Source: Basidiobolus meristosporus CBS 931.73
Lineage: Eukaryota > Fungi > Basidiobolomycota
Assembly: GCA_002104905.1 (NCBI GenBank)
Contig: MCFE01000469.1
Location: 1-64,000 of the forward strand
Direction: 5' to 3'
DNA length: 64,000 nt
Positions 1-13,390 of this stretch are shown here, piece after piece. A program made the translations under genes and the position numbers. The number at the start of each line of letters is the position of its first letter. The first letter of the stretch is position 1. The notes under the pieces are model-generated. The model searched no databases and was not told the origin of the DNA. It saw only the letters and a list, made by a program, of their open reading frames with translations.

Positions 1-1796
1 GAAGAGGACTTTGGGATACTGTTGTTGGAGAGCAATGACCTTCTAAGCATGTAAGAGAAGAAGCCATCAAGTACCTGAAGAAAGAATAAAATGTCTTTAA
101 CTGCGTTTACCTCAGAGTAAAATACAAATTACTAATTTTAATGCTCATGTGCAAAAATGAAAAAGAATGCCTGAAAGACATTTGAAGACACCTACCAGTC
201 ATGTGCAGCTACCAAGAAGTTGGATCTTAGACAAAAACTCTTTATTACAAAGTTGCTCCTAGGAGAAGAAATGAAATTTAATCAATAGAATTTGACTGTT
301 GGTTGATAAGTTGGAATTAGTGGGCATAAAAACTATTAGCAAAGATGTGGAAGCTACTGTCCTCAATTGCCTGACACATCTCTCCAGAGGACTCTACAAC
401 CATGGTGCAGCCTGGACCAGTGCCCAGGAATATCCCAGAAGTGATCATTCCAGTATCAAATGCCCAGAGATCTAATCAAACAAGAAATAGCCCAAATTAC
501 TATATCAATGAGAGTACAAACTTAGCCTATGCCTATTCAGTCCATATTGATGAACCCCAGACTGTAAAAGAGGCCCTAAATAGCCCTCAGACAAAGTTTT
601 GGAGATCTGCAATGACTGAGGAATATCAGGCCCTGATGGAAAATCAAACTTGGGACTTAGTCAAATTACCAATCAACCAAAAATCAATTGGATGCAGATG
701 GGTCTTCAAGACAAAATATAAGGCTGATGGTACAATTGAAAGATACAAAGCAAGACTTGTGGTCAAAGGATACTCTCAAACAAAAGGACCTGACTATACT
801 GAGACCTTTGCACTGGTAGCCAAGTGTAATTCCATTAGATTAATATTGGCTATTGCAGCCAAATATAGTTTTTTATTCATCAAATGTATGTAAAAACTGC
901 ATTTTTGAATGGAGAACTTGATGAGGACGTGTAAATGGGCCAGCCTGATGGGTTTGTTGACCATGATAACCCCCATTTGGTCTGCACACTTAAAAAGTCA
1001 CTATTTGGTCTCAAACAATCACCAAGAGCCTGGAATTGCAAGATAGATTCTTATTTGGAATCTTTGAGTTTCAAAAGGAGTAATGCTGACTATAGTATAT
1101 ACTATAAGCCAGGTAGAGCAAATCCAGTTCTATTAGCTCTATATGTAGATGATCTTATTATAGCTGCCAATAATCTAGCAACATTGGAAGAGACTAAATA
1201 CAGCTTAACTAAAGAGTTCAAGATGTCCAATCTAGGAGAACTCAATTACTACTTAGGGATTTAGTTCTCCATTGACAGAAGTACCCAGAATATTACCCTA
1301 AGCCAATCCAAGTATATTCAAGATATACTAAAGAAGTACCAAATGGAAGACTGTAAAATGGCAGCTACTCCAATGGAGACAAACCTTAACTTGGTCAAAA
1401 CTCAACCAAATCAAGAGAGCCTGTTGCCATCTGAAAGCCCTGACTTTCCTGATCAATCTATGGTCAGCAGTCTGCTTTATATCATGCTTGGAACATGTCA
1501 AGATATCTCATATTCAGTGGGAGTTGTCAGCCAACATAATCAGAATTTTGGATCTGACCACATTTCAGTAGTAAAGCGGATTTTTAGACACCTAAAAGGA
1601 ACTGCTGATATCTACTTAAGATACACTTATAAGGATTCAGAACAGGATCTTGTGGGATACTCTGATGCAGATTGGGGACAAAATTTGGAAGACAGAAGAT
1701 CCACCACAGGATACACCTTTCTTTACTGTCTAGGAGAACACCTTTATACCCAGTATCAAGAAATTCCAATTAAGAAGGTTTTCATGGGTGACAATA
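1..1796 (+). mobile_element. Rearranged Ty1/Copia (family C) internal fragment: gag remnant, RT, start of RNase H, then a protease remnant
   Basis: ORFs 402-893, 935-1264 and 1343-1804 carry Copia RT motifs (WDLVKLP..IGCRWVFKTK, YKARLVVKG, LYVDDLIIA, GYSDADWG). Homologous to 14130-17076, 17437-20400 and 61721-64000. Cut at 1796 by a T terminus. Confidence 0.9.
402..1730 (+). pseudogene. pol: Copia reverse transcriptase (RVT_2-type) and RNase H start, broken by stops/frameshifts
   Basis: YVDD catalytic motif in ORF 935-1264; SDADWG RNase H start near 1660. Confidence 0.9.
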
Positions 1797-2249
1797 CCCT
1801 ATGAGAAATAATTTGGTCCTGCAGATGGATCCAATCCAGATCAGCCATGAAGATTCTGTTTAGAGACCATCATAATAGCAGCAGCTTGGAATTAGTGACC
1901 CTCTTAACAATCTTATCACAAGATCATGACAGTGTTTTGCTAATTTTATAGCCAAATAAAGGGATAAAACTGGACACTTGGTGCTGTAACAATATTTGCA
2001 TGGTATTGTTGCAGTCTTTCAGCACTCTATAACTATCTTAAGTAAATCAAGTCAGCCAGGACTTCCAATTGCCTTATATGGCAAGAGACCTGACGGTATT
2101 TTGACAGCCTCACAGCAAGACTCTGATGGCATTATATTGGCAGCATGAAGGCCTACCACCGGTTCTGTATAATGCTACCGTACCAATTTACCAAATGTTA
2201 TTTCCTTTTTCTACCTCCCCTTGTGCAATTCACATATTCCACTGTAGAA

Positions 2250-5200
2250 TCACCTTTCTTTATTTGCTTACCCACTACTACCTTGGGTATTCCACATTTA
2301 GTTTGAATCAAAAAAAACTATGCCCTCCTGCTTACCAACCTTTAAAAACGCGCACACCTGCCACAATTGACATACTTCTATCACCTCAACTTTACAGCTT
2401 TTTAGTGTGATACTTGCAAAGTTGCCATATACCTTGTACTGCTGGTAACATATACATCTTGCAAACATATGCTTAGTTGTTGCCACTTCTGCCATGAATA
2501 CCTCCTGAACATTTGCAAAGAACTTCTTGGTATTTAGCCAATATATTCCTTCTCCCTGCTGGATTCTAGTCCCCCTTATAGGTGCGCTCTGGCTTTTGTT
2601 TGTGTGAGCTCTGTATTGAATGGTGTAGAAGTTGGCTTGTGAACACAATAAATCCGGCATATCTTGGTGGAGTTTTCCTGATAAAAATTAGTTGCTTGTT
2701 GCACCCAGCCCAACTTTGCATTACTTAACTGATTACCCCTGCATTGGGGCTGCTTAGCTTCTTAATGCCATAGACATAGGTGTCTTCATGTGCACATTTG
2801 TCCTCAGTAGCTTCCAACTCTTTCTGGCTGTCCTCCATGTGCCAACTCATCACATCCATGACGGACTTGAAGGTAATATTCTTGATGAGATTGGGATATG
2901 GTAGTGCCTGCAACTTGACTTGTCTTCCTATCTCCCCACCCATCCGCTGTGGTGGTGTGTAGGTCCAAGGGAGAGATACGTCCAACACTTCTCAAGTGTT
3001 TTGTGTGTGGGGTGTTCACTGGGTGCAATAACCTCTGGCAAAAGCTTGCTAGGAATACTTGGGTTCTGTCTCTAATCTAATGTGAAGGGGAATACAGCCA
3101 CAAGCTTGTCAAGGGAAAACTATTGAGCTACAATCCCCAACTTAGTTGGCGTCTTAACAAAAGTATGTGCTGGGTTCAGTGTCCTTTGAGACGACAATGT
3201 ACTAAAGCTTCCAAAGTCAAAACAACTGTAAACTCCACCAGCAGGGACTTGATAAGAATGCAGCTGTGGTCAATAGTTACAAAGACAGAAAAGTATCTTT
3301 GCCTGTACAAGAACAAACTTGGGAAAGAATCAAATATAATAAAAGATACCTACTCTGAGTATTCCTCACAAGTAGTGCCTCCAAGGTCAGTTGGCTGTCA
3401 GCGCAGTTTCCTGGGAGTGTCCTGTGGTCTAGGGTTGGAAGTTCAGGTAGCAGCAGGTAGCAGTGATCACACTAATCAACAAGTTGGTATATTGATAAAA
3501 GGGATAATGATTTATTGTTGAGGGATAGCCTCCCTTATATACTTTTCTCACTGGCTAAGTGATTACTAATCATGGTGTTCCAGAAGGTTCCGGATATCAA
3601 TAGAAATCTTAGTGACATCAGAATGACCCAAGAATGTTCCAAGTAGGTGCCGGAAGGTTCTAAGAGGCACAGCACATCCAACCAATCAGGAATCAGTATT
3701 CTGAAACCTGTGTAACATAGGGATACCATATATGGTATGGAAATGGTAGGGATGGTGACACGGGTTGATCATATGTTGCAGGTACTGGCGCGGGTACTTG
3801 CCTAATATAGTAGTACTTATAGCTAGTAATCTTACATAAAGTGAGAAGTAACTTATGCAATAAGGTAAGCAGGTGTGATAGTCAACTGGCTTATGGGATA
3901 GTACTGATTGGGTAAGACAAATGGGATAAAACTGAAATAAGTGTAGTAGAGATATAGGGAAGTAGAAAATAGGGGAATGAGCACATCTGTCAGTGGGTGT
4001 CACTATCACCCCACTACACCGCTCCATAGGAAACTCCCAAAAGGTGAAGCAAGGCCCAATATACTCCACACACCGTGCAAGATAGAGTAGAGAATGGATA
4101 CAGTAGCAGCAGAGATCTACATGTTCAGCTTTATGCTTGTAGTATAGCCGCTCAAATCCTGTTACAAACTCCTCACACAACAGCTGTAGATGTGTCAAGT
4201 TGGCATTGGTGATCCACTTTTGGATAAATATTCCTACAATGTCCACATATGACTCCCAATGCTTCCAATGTACTCTTGGTAGGAATGGCTTCAGTACACC
4301 ACTTGAATAAATACATATCTAGTTCATCCAGTCTTTGCATTTGTATTGTTGCATATGCATATGAATATTAATTGGCGCCCATGAGAAGTACTTAGGGTAA
4401 TGGATACCATGTAATATCTTGCCAATTCTTTCAAATTTCTCCGGTATCTTGCAGGGCTCATTTAGCTTGAAATGCCCTATGTACTACTTGGTCATCAGTA
4501 TAGGGATATTGTTGAAAAGCAAATGCATTGCTCCCAGTGGAAAGCTTTTGCTCCAACAAATACCTTATATCTTAGGTATCTCCGGTTTCTGATTGATTCC
4601 ATATTCTGGCCAATGGCTTATAGCTTGCCAACTTTGCTGCAATTGCATGCTTACTTCTGTTTGTTCTCTCTGTGGAAAGATGATGTTCTTAGTGCTGGTG
4701 TTTGGGTGATAATAATGTGTGTGAGTTATAGTGTAAATTCCCTGGATCTCACACATTCAACAGCAATACCATTCATTGTGCCTGGAAAACCTGCTATCTT
4801 GCTGATGGCTGGGGCATCTCCAATACAGATAATAATATGCGCTTTTACATGATGGCCATTTACTGTTATCCTGCTGGAAAGCATACAAAACTCATCCAGC
4901 AATGGATACAGGTAGCTATCCAGGATGGACAGTGATTTTGGCCCAGATACCAGTGAGACTACTATCAGATTATTGCTCTGATACCATAAGATGGGCAGCA
5001 GATTCAGATTGATGAGAATCAGTGGCCAGCAGGATTTGCTGGTAGAGTACTTGTTTCATGAGAATCCATCAAGTGCTAAAGCAAAAGGCATTGTCATACA
5101 TACCTTCAAAGTAGCCATTGCTTCTTAGCTGTTTGTAATGTTTGCCATCAAATATATTGGATATGTTTACGCTTGATTGATACTGAGTGCGGTACTGTAT

Positions 5201-6034
5201 AACTTTGCAATATTTGTTGGACTGCATCAGCTTCCTCAGATGGGGTATGACTGGAATATATCCAAAGCGTGAATGATGTTTTCCCTCAATGGTGGTGGAT
5301 TCCTGAAAATTTGGACACGTTTCAATGGTGGCACTTTTGAATGTGAATGCCATGCAACTGTTAACACATGCTGGAATCAGGACAGTCTCTGGATCATATG
5401 TTGCCAGCTGCATGACAGTTGTCCACTTTTACCATGTACATGGTAAGTTGCATCCTGGTACAATTTTGGCAAGAAGTAGTAATAAATCCTCAAAGCCCCC
5501 ATTAGTGATATTAGTGGAAACATGCCACTTCTCTAGCCACAACATTACATCATTTGCCAGTAGATGGATTACTGGGCTCACTTGGCTCCATAGAGTATCC
5601 TTGGCATTTGTTTCAACAGGTGTTGTCTCATTGCTTATGGGGATTTTACTGGGCCCATATATGGTACTGTTGTTAGGGGAGATAGGCTCAAAATCCATCA
5701 GTGAGCCTTCTTTGTCAGAGCTATCCCTCTGCATGCCATATTCAGAAGGCTGAGGTGAGCCTAAAGGCATCACAAGCTCACCTGACTCAGTTTGCACAAG
5801 GTGACAAAGAGGGCCAGGTGCTGATATAAAAGTATCAACTGGCCAGCAAGATAATGTTGGTACAGTAGTGACCAATGAATGGTCAAATATGACTTGGGTG
5901 GCAAAACACTGGCTGTGATCCTTGTAATACTTCCTATGCTGTCTGCATGCTTCATGGCTGAGAGGCTTGCCACAATAGCCACATGGTCTTTTTTCTCTTC
6001 TCTTATGGCATTGAGTCAAAGTAGTCTTGTCCAT
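2250..6034 (-). pseudogene. tnp2-family (Transposase_21-like) DDE transposase, fragmented, interrupted by solo LTR A
   Basis: ORFs 5429-6034 (N-terminal CGYC..H), 5069-5413 (CVNSC..F..CPN), 4565-4756 (HYYHP) and 3686-4246 (HSLLYLARCVEYIGPCFTFWEFPMER), continuing at 2947 (MGGEIGRQVK..PYPNL). These are motifs typical of CACTA/EnSpm tnp2 proteins. Confidence 0.85.
2948..4018 (-). repeat. Solo LTR of Gypsy family A (1071 bp), 4-bp TSD ccgc
   Basis: TG..CA ends (tgtggtgg / ccactaca); ccgc at 2944-2947 and 4019-4022; reverse complement of 8439-9509 and 54523-55593. Confidence 0.95.
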
Positions 6035-6149
6035 GGGGCAAACAGTTTGACCTTCAACAGCATATTGCTATTACAACACTTTTTGGTCAATACTCATGTG
6101 AGCTTAAGAGAGTCTTGTATTTGAGACATTGCACCTACATGAATGTAAG

Positions 6150-6670
6150 TGTTATGAATAGACACAAGGCAGGAGGAAAAGCTAGGCATGGCAGGAAAGG
6201 ACTTAGGTGTGGACCATCAAGGCAAGGCAAGATTCAAGGCAAGGCTGTTTATTTAAGACCTGTGTTTATCAGACTGAGGAATACTTAAGGGGGGATAGGA
6301 CTATATATACTTTTTGGCTATACTGATGCCAAGAAATATTAGCTAATACTAATGGGGTTGTGGGGTGAGGCACAGCAGCAGTGCTGGCGATAATAATATA
6401 GAAGGCAAGGCACTGAGACAGGATGGGGAAATGGATTGGGTGACCAGATCATGTGACTAAGTCATGTGACCTGGTACTTCCATGTATGGTACTGGACTAT
6501 GAAAAATATAATGGGAAGCTTCCATGGAATGTTCCATTGTGTAATAATGGTTTAGAATGGTCAGGAACTTTCTGGAAGGTGGAAGAAGGTTCCAGAAGGA
6601 ATCTCTTAGAAATTGAGCTAGGAAGCTAAAACTTGGCATGGGTGTTCATGGTTGTCATGTGATCATGACA
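6150..6670 (-). repeat. Solo LTR of orphan family E (521 bp), 5-bp TSD gtaag
   Basis: tgttatga..tcatgaca ends; gtaag at 6145-6149 and 6671-6675; the empty site matches T2 near 56005-56020 (rc). Orientation inferred from TATA and AATAAA on the minus strand. Confidence 0.9.
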
Positions 6671-6789
6671 GTAAGATGCAATGTGACCCACCATAGTAAG
6701 CATTATAAATAATTGTGGACAGTGTGCCCATCAAAGGTAATAATACGGACTCCTCAGGCCCTCAGTCAAGTAGGGTATTAGAATCTCTG

Positions 6790-8438
6790 CAGAGCCGCAA
6801 TTTGACCATTATGCTCAGGCAGATGAGAATGTAGCAAATGCAGTACCCTTAGTTGAAGATCAGCAAGTGGCAATGATAACATTACCACCACCCATATTAG
6901 CGAGTATGTTTTCAGCTCATACCAAAGCATTAATGAAGCAATTAGGTGCAGTGGCTGATAGGATAGATGCAATAGCCCAGAGAAAGCAGGAAATAGTCCA
7001 GAAACAGGATGAGCAGATAATATGTGTAGAGCTATCAATATCCCAGGTAGAGAAAGCAGTATCTTTGCTGCAAAGAAGGAACTCAAGTAGCTCAATGCCA
7101 CAGCCAAGAATTGAGCCATTTTCCAATGTAACAGCAGAGGAACACCACACAATCTTTGAAGCACAACAACAGTGCCCAAAGATAGAGCCCACAGAAAAAC
7201 CTATCACAGCATGGGAGGGAGGCAACGTGGTGTTTATACCAAAGCCTAAAAATCAAAAGACATTGAAGATCTGTGAAGCCATTGAGTGCAATAATGAAGA
7301 GTGGGCTAATATAAAAGAGGCCATCCAAAGTCTAGCATGCCATCACCTTGAGGCCAGCATACCATGGGACTATCAGGAACTCAAGGCCTAGCAGCATGCA
7401 CTTGACTTGCTCCATGAGCATTATCCTAGACTCAAACAGGCAAACAGATTTTGGGCCAGCATTGGTAGGCTAAGAAAGTATCTCAACAATAGCAGAAGCT
7501 ATCAAAGGCAGAAGAACAAGGGTGCCATGGCTAAAAGCCAGCAGCTTCCTCAAGAGCCCATTACAAGCAGGTCCAAAAGCTCTGGACAAGCATCAAAGAG
7601 ACATCAGACAGCTGGAAGTGTGCCAATTAGGGACAAGCAGGCAGACATGGATGGACCAGCAAGAAATTCATCAAGGAAAAAGCATAGTACCACTCAAGAA
7701 GCACCCAGTCAAAGTAGCAGTGAAGGACCTGGCAGTGATAAAAACCAGCTGCTTTTACATGAGCTTGTCACAACTATGGTTGACAGCTCAAAACAAGCTG
7801 AAAAGAAACATCAGGTTGCCAGAAGAGTGCCAGCAAGGGACAAGCAGGCCAAAACAGATGCGTCAGAGCAAAATTTATCCAGGAAAACATAGTTCTTTAT
7901 AAGAAGCACTCAGACAAAGTAGCAGTGAAAGATCTGGCAGTGATAAAGGAAAAGGTAAAGGGAAAAATGTGTACCCAAGCCTGAGACAGGGAGGCATGCA
8001 AAAAAAACTGCAGTTCTTGCCAATTAATGCCACAAGCCAGGAACAGACTGAATCCCATCATAGCCAAGAAGATTTACCAACTAGAAAACAGCCGTTTTCA
8101 CAAGAGTTGAAAGCGCAGCCAGTTGAGCTACACTCCATCAAGGTAGATGGGTTTGCTGAAAAAGGCAATTTGTCCACCACAGCATCCACAGCCTTGGCAG
8201 CCTCCATTGATGACAGAGTGGAGATCCCACTGACAGACAAGGCTACAACGTCAAGAGCTTGAAAGACTATCACAATGCCTTCAGTGGAGTTTTGGAACAT
8301 CCATAGGTACACCAAGAGGTTGCAGCACTTCTTCAAGAGCAGTGCTCAAGAAATTGCACTGGAATATTGCAAGGATTTATTGCAAAGACTGGCAGATGAG
8401 GAGCTAGAACTTGCAGTGCTGGCTGAAGACCAGGATGT
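6790..8438 (+). pseudogene. ORF2 of T1 (accessory protein of unknown function; 5' end deleted)
   Basis: ORFs 6867-7391, 7407-7892 and 7969-8262 are collinear with T2 ORFs 55466-55906, 54298-54570 and 49935-50909. Confidence 0.75.
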
Positions 8439-9509
8439 TGTAGTGGGGTGACAGTGACACCCACTGACAGATGTGCTCATTCCCACATTTTCTACTTCCC
8501 TATATCTCTACTACACTTATTTTAGTTTTATCCAATTTGTCATACCTGATCAGTACTATCCTGTAAGCTGGTTGACTATCACACCTACTTACCTTAGTGC
8601 ATAAGTTACCCCACACTATATGTAAGATTACTAGCTTTAAGTGCTTCTATATCAGGCAAGTACCCGCGCCAGTACCTGTGACACATGGTCAACCTGTGTC
8701 ACCATCCCTACCATTTTCATACCATTTATGGTATCCCTATGTTACACAGGTTTCAGAATACAGATTCCTGATTGGTCAGATGTGCTGTGCCTCTTAGAAT
8801 CTTCTGGCACCTACTTAGAATGTTCTTAGGTCATTCTGATGTCATTAAGATTTCTACTGATATTTGGAACCTTATGGCACACCATAATTAGTAATCACTT
8901 AGCCAGTAAGAAATGTATATAAGGGAGGCTATCCCTCAACAATAAATCATCATCCCTTTTATTAATATACCAACTTGTTGATTAGTGCAATCACTGCTAC
9001 CTGCTACTACCTGAACTTCCAACCCCAGACCACAGGACACTCCCAGGAAACCATGCTGACAGCCAACTGACCTTGGAGGCACTGCTTGTGAGGAATACTC
9101 AGAGTGTGTATCTTTTATTATATTTCATTCTTTCCCAAATTTGTCCTTGTACAGGCAAAGATACTTTTCTGTCTTTATAACTATTGACCACAGCTGCATT
9201 CTTATCAAGTCCCTGCTGGTGGAGTTTACAGTTGCTTTGACTTTGGGAGCTTTAGTACATTGTCATCTCAAAGGATGCTGAACCCAGGACATACTTTTGT
9301 TAAGACGCAAGCTAAGTTGGGGATTGTAGCTCAATAGCTTTCCCTTGACAAGCTTGTGGCATTATTCCCCACCACAATAGATTAGAGACAGAATCCAAGT
9401 ATTCCTAGCAAGCTTTTGCCAGAGGTTATTGCACCCAGTGACTACCCCACACACAAAACACTTGAGAAGTGTTGGATGTATCTCTCCCTTGGACTTATAC
9501 ACCACCACA
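8439..9509 (+). repeat. 5' LTR of Gypsy A (1071 bp)
   Basis: tgtagtgggg..accaccaca; same length as the two solo copies. Confidence 0.95.
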
Positions 9510-9513
9510 TATT

Positions 9514-9531
9514 TGGCACCCAACATGGGGG
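9514..9531 (+). promoter_or_regulatory. Primer binding site, tRNA-Lys(CUU)-type, with both CpGs decayed
   Basis: tggcacccaacatggggg, 4 nt after the LTR end, versus the known Lys1,2 PBS TGGCGCCCAACGTGGGGC. Confidence 0.75.
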
Positions 9532-9648
9532 TTCATACAAGCTCCCTAGGACCCAACAAGATTTACCTTAAGATTTGAGCTGTTATCCACTTATTGAAAA
9601 GAGACTACCAATATTATCAAGATTACAACACCAACCTACCTGGCCAAA

Positions 9649-10994
9649 ATGAACTCTATGCCATTACCACTCTCACATGGAGCCCCACAGTTTGATGGAA
9701 AGAATGTGGAAAGCTTCATATTCAACTGTGAGAAGCTCTGCAAGATACTCAGCCTATCTGAACACAAAATGGCTGAAGACTTCCCCTACTACTGCACCAA
9801 TGATATTACCACTAAGCTTCTCAGACAAGGAGACATTCTCACTGACTGGGCCTTAATGAAGACCTACCTACAGACCAAGTATGGTAGACCCCAGATATAC
9901 TATGGAATTGAAGACCTCAGACACTTTGGAAGGACTGGACTTTCCAAGCTACCACTTGAAGAGTTCATTCAACAATATGAAGATATGGCCAAGCCACTCC
10001 TAGAGTCCCAGGCTATAACTGAGTTTACCATGACACTTTACCTTGCACAAGGGCTTCCCCAGGACTTGGCAAGGAAAGTTGACTTGCATGCAGCCAAGGA
10101 TGACAAGTCAGGCATTCCTTGCTTTGCAGAGATGAAACGTGTTCTCCTAGAAGCAAAGTAAACTTCCACCTTTATGAGACTCCTGATATCTAGTCTGCCA
10201 GACCAGTCAACCAAGGAGCCAAGGAGTGCTGTTGCTGACAATCAGACCTACACTACCAACAGAATTGACCAACTTGCTGAGCCGCTACAGAAGCTAGCCC
10301 TCAAGATTAATGGCTCAGCTGAGGTAGCTACTATGGGCCAAAGACCTTTGCCCAGACACTGCATCTGGTGTGACTCTACTCAACATGCCAGACAAGAATG
10401 CTCAGAGCTTAGTCAGCTACTCAGAGAAGGAGCAGTACAGTTTGATGCTGATGGAATACTTGCTGACAAGGAAGGAAGAAGGATTCCCACTAATTTCCAA
10501 ACAGGAGGGATGAGAGCCCTTTTCCAGAAATCTGACTCTGCAACCAGAAAGATTACTGTTGATGCCCCTATTGGAACTCATACAGTGAATCCAAGCAGCC
10601 CTGACAACAGACAATACAAAGTTGATGCCTTTGCTACCAAAAGACACCTCCCTGAAGAACCTGCCAAACCATCCTTAGAAGACCACAATTTGAAGAACCT
10701 GAGGTTGTTATTGGCAAGCAGCCTAGTATGCTGCCCACCCAAGATCCATTGCCTCAATTTCAGATGACCTCAAAGATAGCAAGCTACTCAAGCCCTCAAC
10801 TGATTACTGAGAAGCTGCTGAAGCAGAAACTCACTTTGTTGGTTGGAGAAATCATGAGTGTATCACCATCTGTTAGGAAGACCTTTGATGAGCAGCTTAG
10901 AACAAGACAACAAGCCGTTGAAAATATGGACACCCATATAACTCAGACAAACCATGAAGACCACCAAAAGGATGACAACACTACTGAATATTAG
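9649..10994 (+). pseudogene. gag: Gypsy A gag with CCHC zinc knuckle
   Basis: GAPQFDGKNV N-terminus; C-x2-C-x4-H-x4-C (CIWCDSTQHARQEC) in ORF 10174-10767; stops/frameshifts near 10161 and 10760. Confidence 0.8.
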
Positions 10995-11018
10995 ACCTTT
11001 TACTCAGTTGCAACTGCT

Positions 11019-13390
11019 GTGGTGAAAGGGTATATATATGATGACCCTGTTAACTGCCATATTGATAGTGGCTCAGAGATTTGTGCTATGTGGCTAGACT
11101 TCTGGAAGTCACTCAGAAGCAAGGAGCTACTGCCTGTTGGTAGAGATATTGGATGGAACATGACTGATGCAAACTCAGTATCCAGTCCACTCTATGGTGT
11201 AGTGCACAAATTCCCTATTGAGGTACAAGGAATCAGGGTCTGGCTTCCCCTCTTCATCTGCCAGAAGGCAAACTTTGACCTTCTGCTAGGTAGACCAAGG
11301 GAAACCAGTACCAAGGCTACAACTACCAACTATTCCAATGGGTCAGTATGGTACACCATACAAGGATCCAACCCAGGACTACAGTTAACCTTCTGTGGTT
11401 TAACACCCAACAATAAGAGGACACATACTGCTTGCCAGAAAACACATCTTGTTATAGAAAAAGTCAAGGAGCCTGACAATATGCACCCCAACATTTGGAG
11501 CTGCTCATTAGGTATACAGGAGCAGAGAGCTATGGTTTGAACAAAATTCAAGACAGTAGAACAGAAGATAAGACCATCACTTACACCTTTGACTGATGGA
11601 TCTTGACCTGCTGATTACATTAGACCACCAGAAGAAACACCAGAAGATATACAACTTACACCTGAGAGACTTAAGCAACTTATCATTGGTGATGGAAACC
11701 TAACACCAGAGGAGATACTATTATTTGAAGAAACCTTGAAAAGGCATGATAAGGTCTTCTCATATAATGACAAGGAGATGGGACTCTTAAATACATTGGT
11801 TGAAAACCTATCAAGATTCATACAGTGCCCCACACACCCTGGTCATTTAAGCTTTACCCACTGCCCAGAGGACTCCAAGCTGATGTGCATGACCTACTTA
11901 AGAAGAAGATAGAAGCTGATATCCTAGAACCTTGCCATGGACCTTATGCTAACAGATGGTTTGTGACCAAAAAGAAGAATGGAAAGCTCCAATTCATTCA
12001 AGACATGCAATCTACAAATGCTGTCACTATCAGAGATGCTGCTATACCTCCATCTATTGATGACTTTGCAGAAAGCTTTAGTGGCCACTCCATCTACTCA
12101 ACATACAATCTCTACTCAGGATAAGACCAGATCCCCCTTGATGAGACATTAAGAGATATGTTTGCACTCCAGACACCACTTGGACTGTTGAGGATGACAA
12201 GACTCAGCCAAGGGGCTACAAACTCCGTGGCTCAGTTCCAGAGATGCATGGTGAATGTGCTGTATCAGTTTATACCTGAGAAACTTGCTGTCTTTGTTGA
12301 TGACATAGGCATCAAAGGACCAAAATTCCAGGACACCACTGAAGTTATGCCTGGAGTAAGGAAGTTTGTCTATGATTGTATCTCAGACAATGATGCAATA
12401 TTAGGAGCCATTCAAGAAGCTGGACTCACAATCAGTGGTGAGAAAAGCAGCATTGGTGTATCAGAAATATCCATTGTTGGACAAAAATGCAACACCTTTG
12501 GTTGTTCACCTGGAGACTCCAAGACGCAAAAGATATGCAACTGGCCTACCCCCACAAATCTAACACAAGCTTGTGGCTTTGAGGCAGCTTGTAAGTACTT
12601 TAGGATCTGGATCCCAAGATTTTCTGAGATAGCAGAACCAATCTACCTATTACAGAGAAAGAATACACCATTTACCTGGGGAGAAGAGCACAAAGAAGCC
12701 ATGCAATTACTGAAAGAGGCCTTAGTATCTCTACCAGTTCTAAGACCTCTTGACTATCAGAACACTGAATGCCCACCTATTTTGACAGTGGATGCAAGCC
12801 CTATAGGAGCTGGAGCACTACTTGGCCAAGATGATGAAGATGGCAACAGCTATGCCTGCAGATATGAGAGCTGCCTATTCTCTCCTAGACAACAAAGATA
12901 CTCACAGATTAAGAGAGAGCTACTAGGAGTTGTGAAGATGCTGAGAAAACTGAAGTCACAACTCTACATGACACATTTCATCCTGGAGACAGATGCCAAG
13001 CCACTTATAGGAATGATCAACAAGCCTGACCTACTTGATGATGCCACAAACCAATGGATGGCATGGCTGAAAATGTTTGACTTTGAGGTCAGACATATCA
13101 CTGGCAAGACAAATGTTGTGGCTAATGCACTCTCCAGGAAGGGGCCACAATTGTTTGAAGACTTGGACCCTCACTTTGATGATATTATTGATGCAGAGAT
13201 CCTACAGAAGGCCATCAAAGACCAAGAGAGAACTACCTGGATTCTGATCAAGGAATACCTAAGGACAATTAAGAAACCTAGTTGGATGGAAATTCAGGAG
13301 TTTAGAAAGCTCAGGAAGAAGGCACACCACTACTATCTCAAAGATGATCTTCCCTTTACGCAAGTGAAGCCTGGACTTATGCCAAGATGA
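11019..13390 (+). pseudogene. pol: Gypsy A pol: aspartic protease, RT, RNase H
   Basis: HIDSGSEI protease motif; RT with QGATNS and FVDD; RNase H TVDAS..ETDAKPL; ORF 12158-13390 is open for 410 aa. Confidence 0.92.

Larger units (their letters stand above)
1797..8438 (-). mobile_element. CMC/EnSpm(CACTA)-like DNA transposon copy T1; one terminus visible, right part cut by Gypsy A
   Basis: Starts CCCTATGAGAAATAATT at 1797, the same motif as termini at 13427, 45459, 49299 and (rc) 48097. Contains a tnp2-type transposase (-) and a divergent ORF2 (+). Confidence 0.8.

Noticed and set aside
3123-3729. ORFs inside LTR A (also 8597-8829, 55020-55292)
   Set aside because: Short, with differing starts and stops between near-identical LTR copies and no protein motifs.
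6220-6246. CAAGG/AAGGC short tandem repeat
   Set aside because: A small internal feature of LTR E, too short and degenerate to be a satellite or telomeric repeat.
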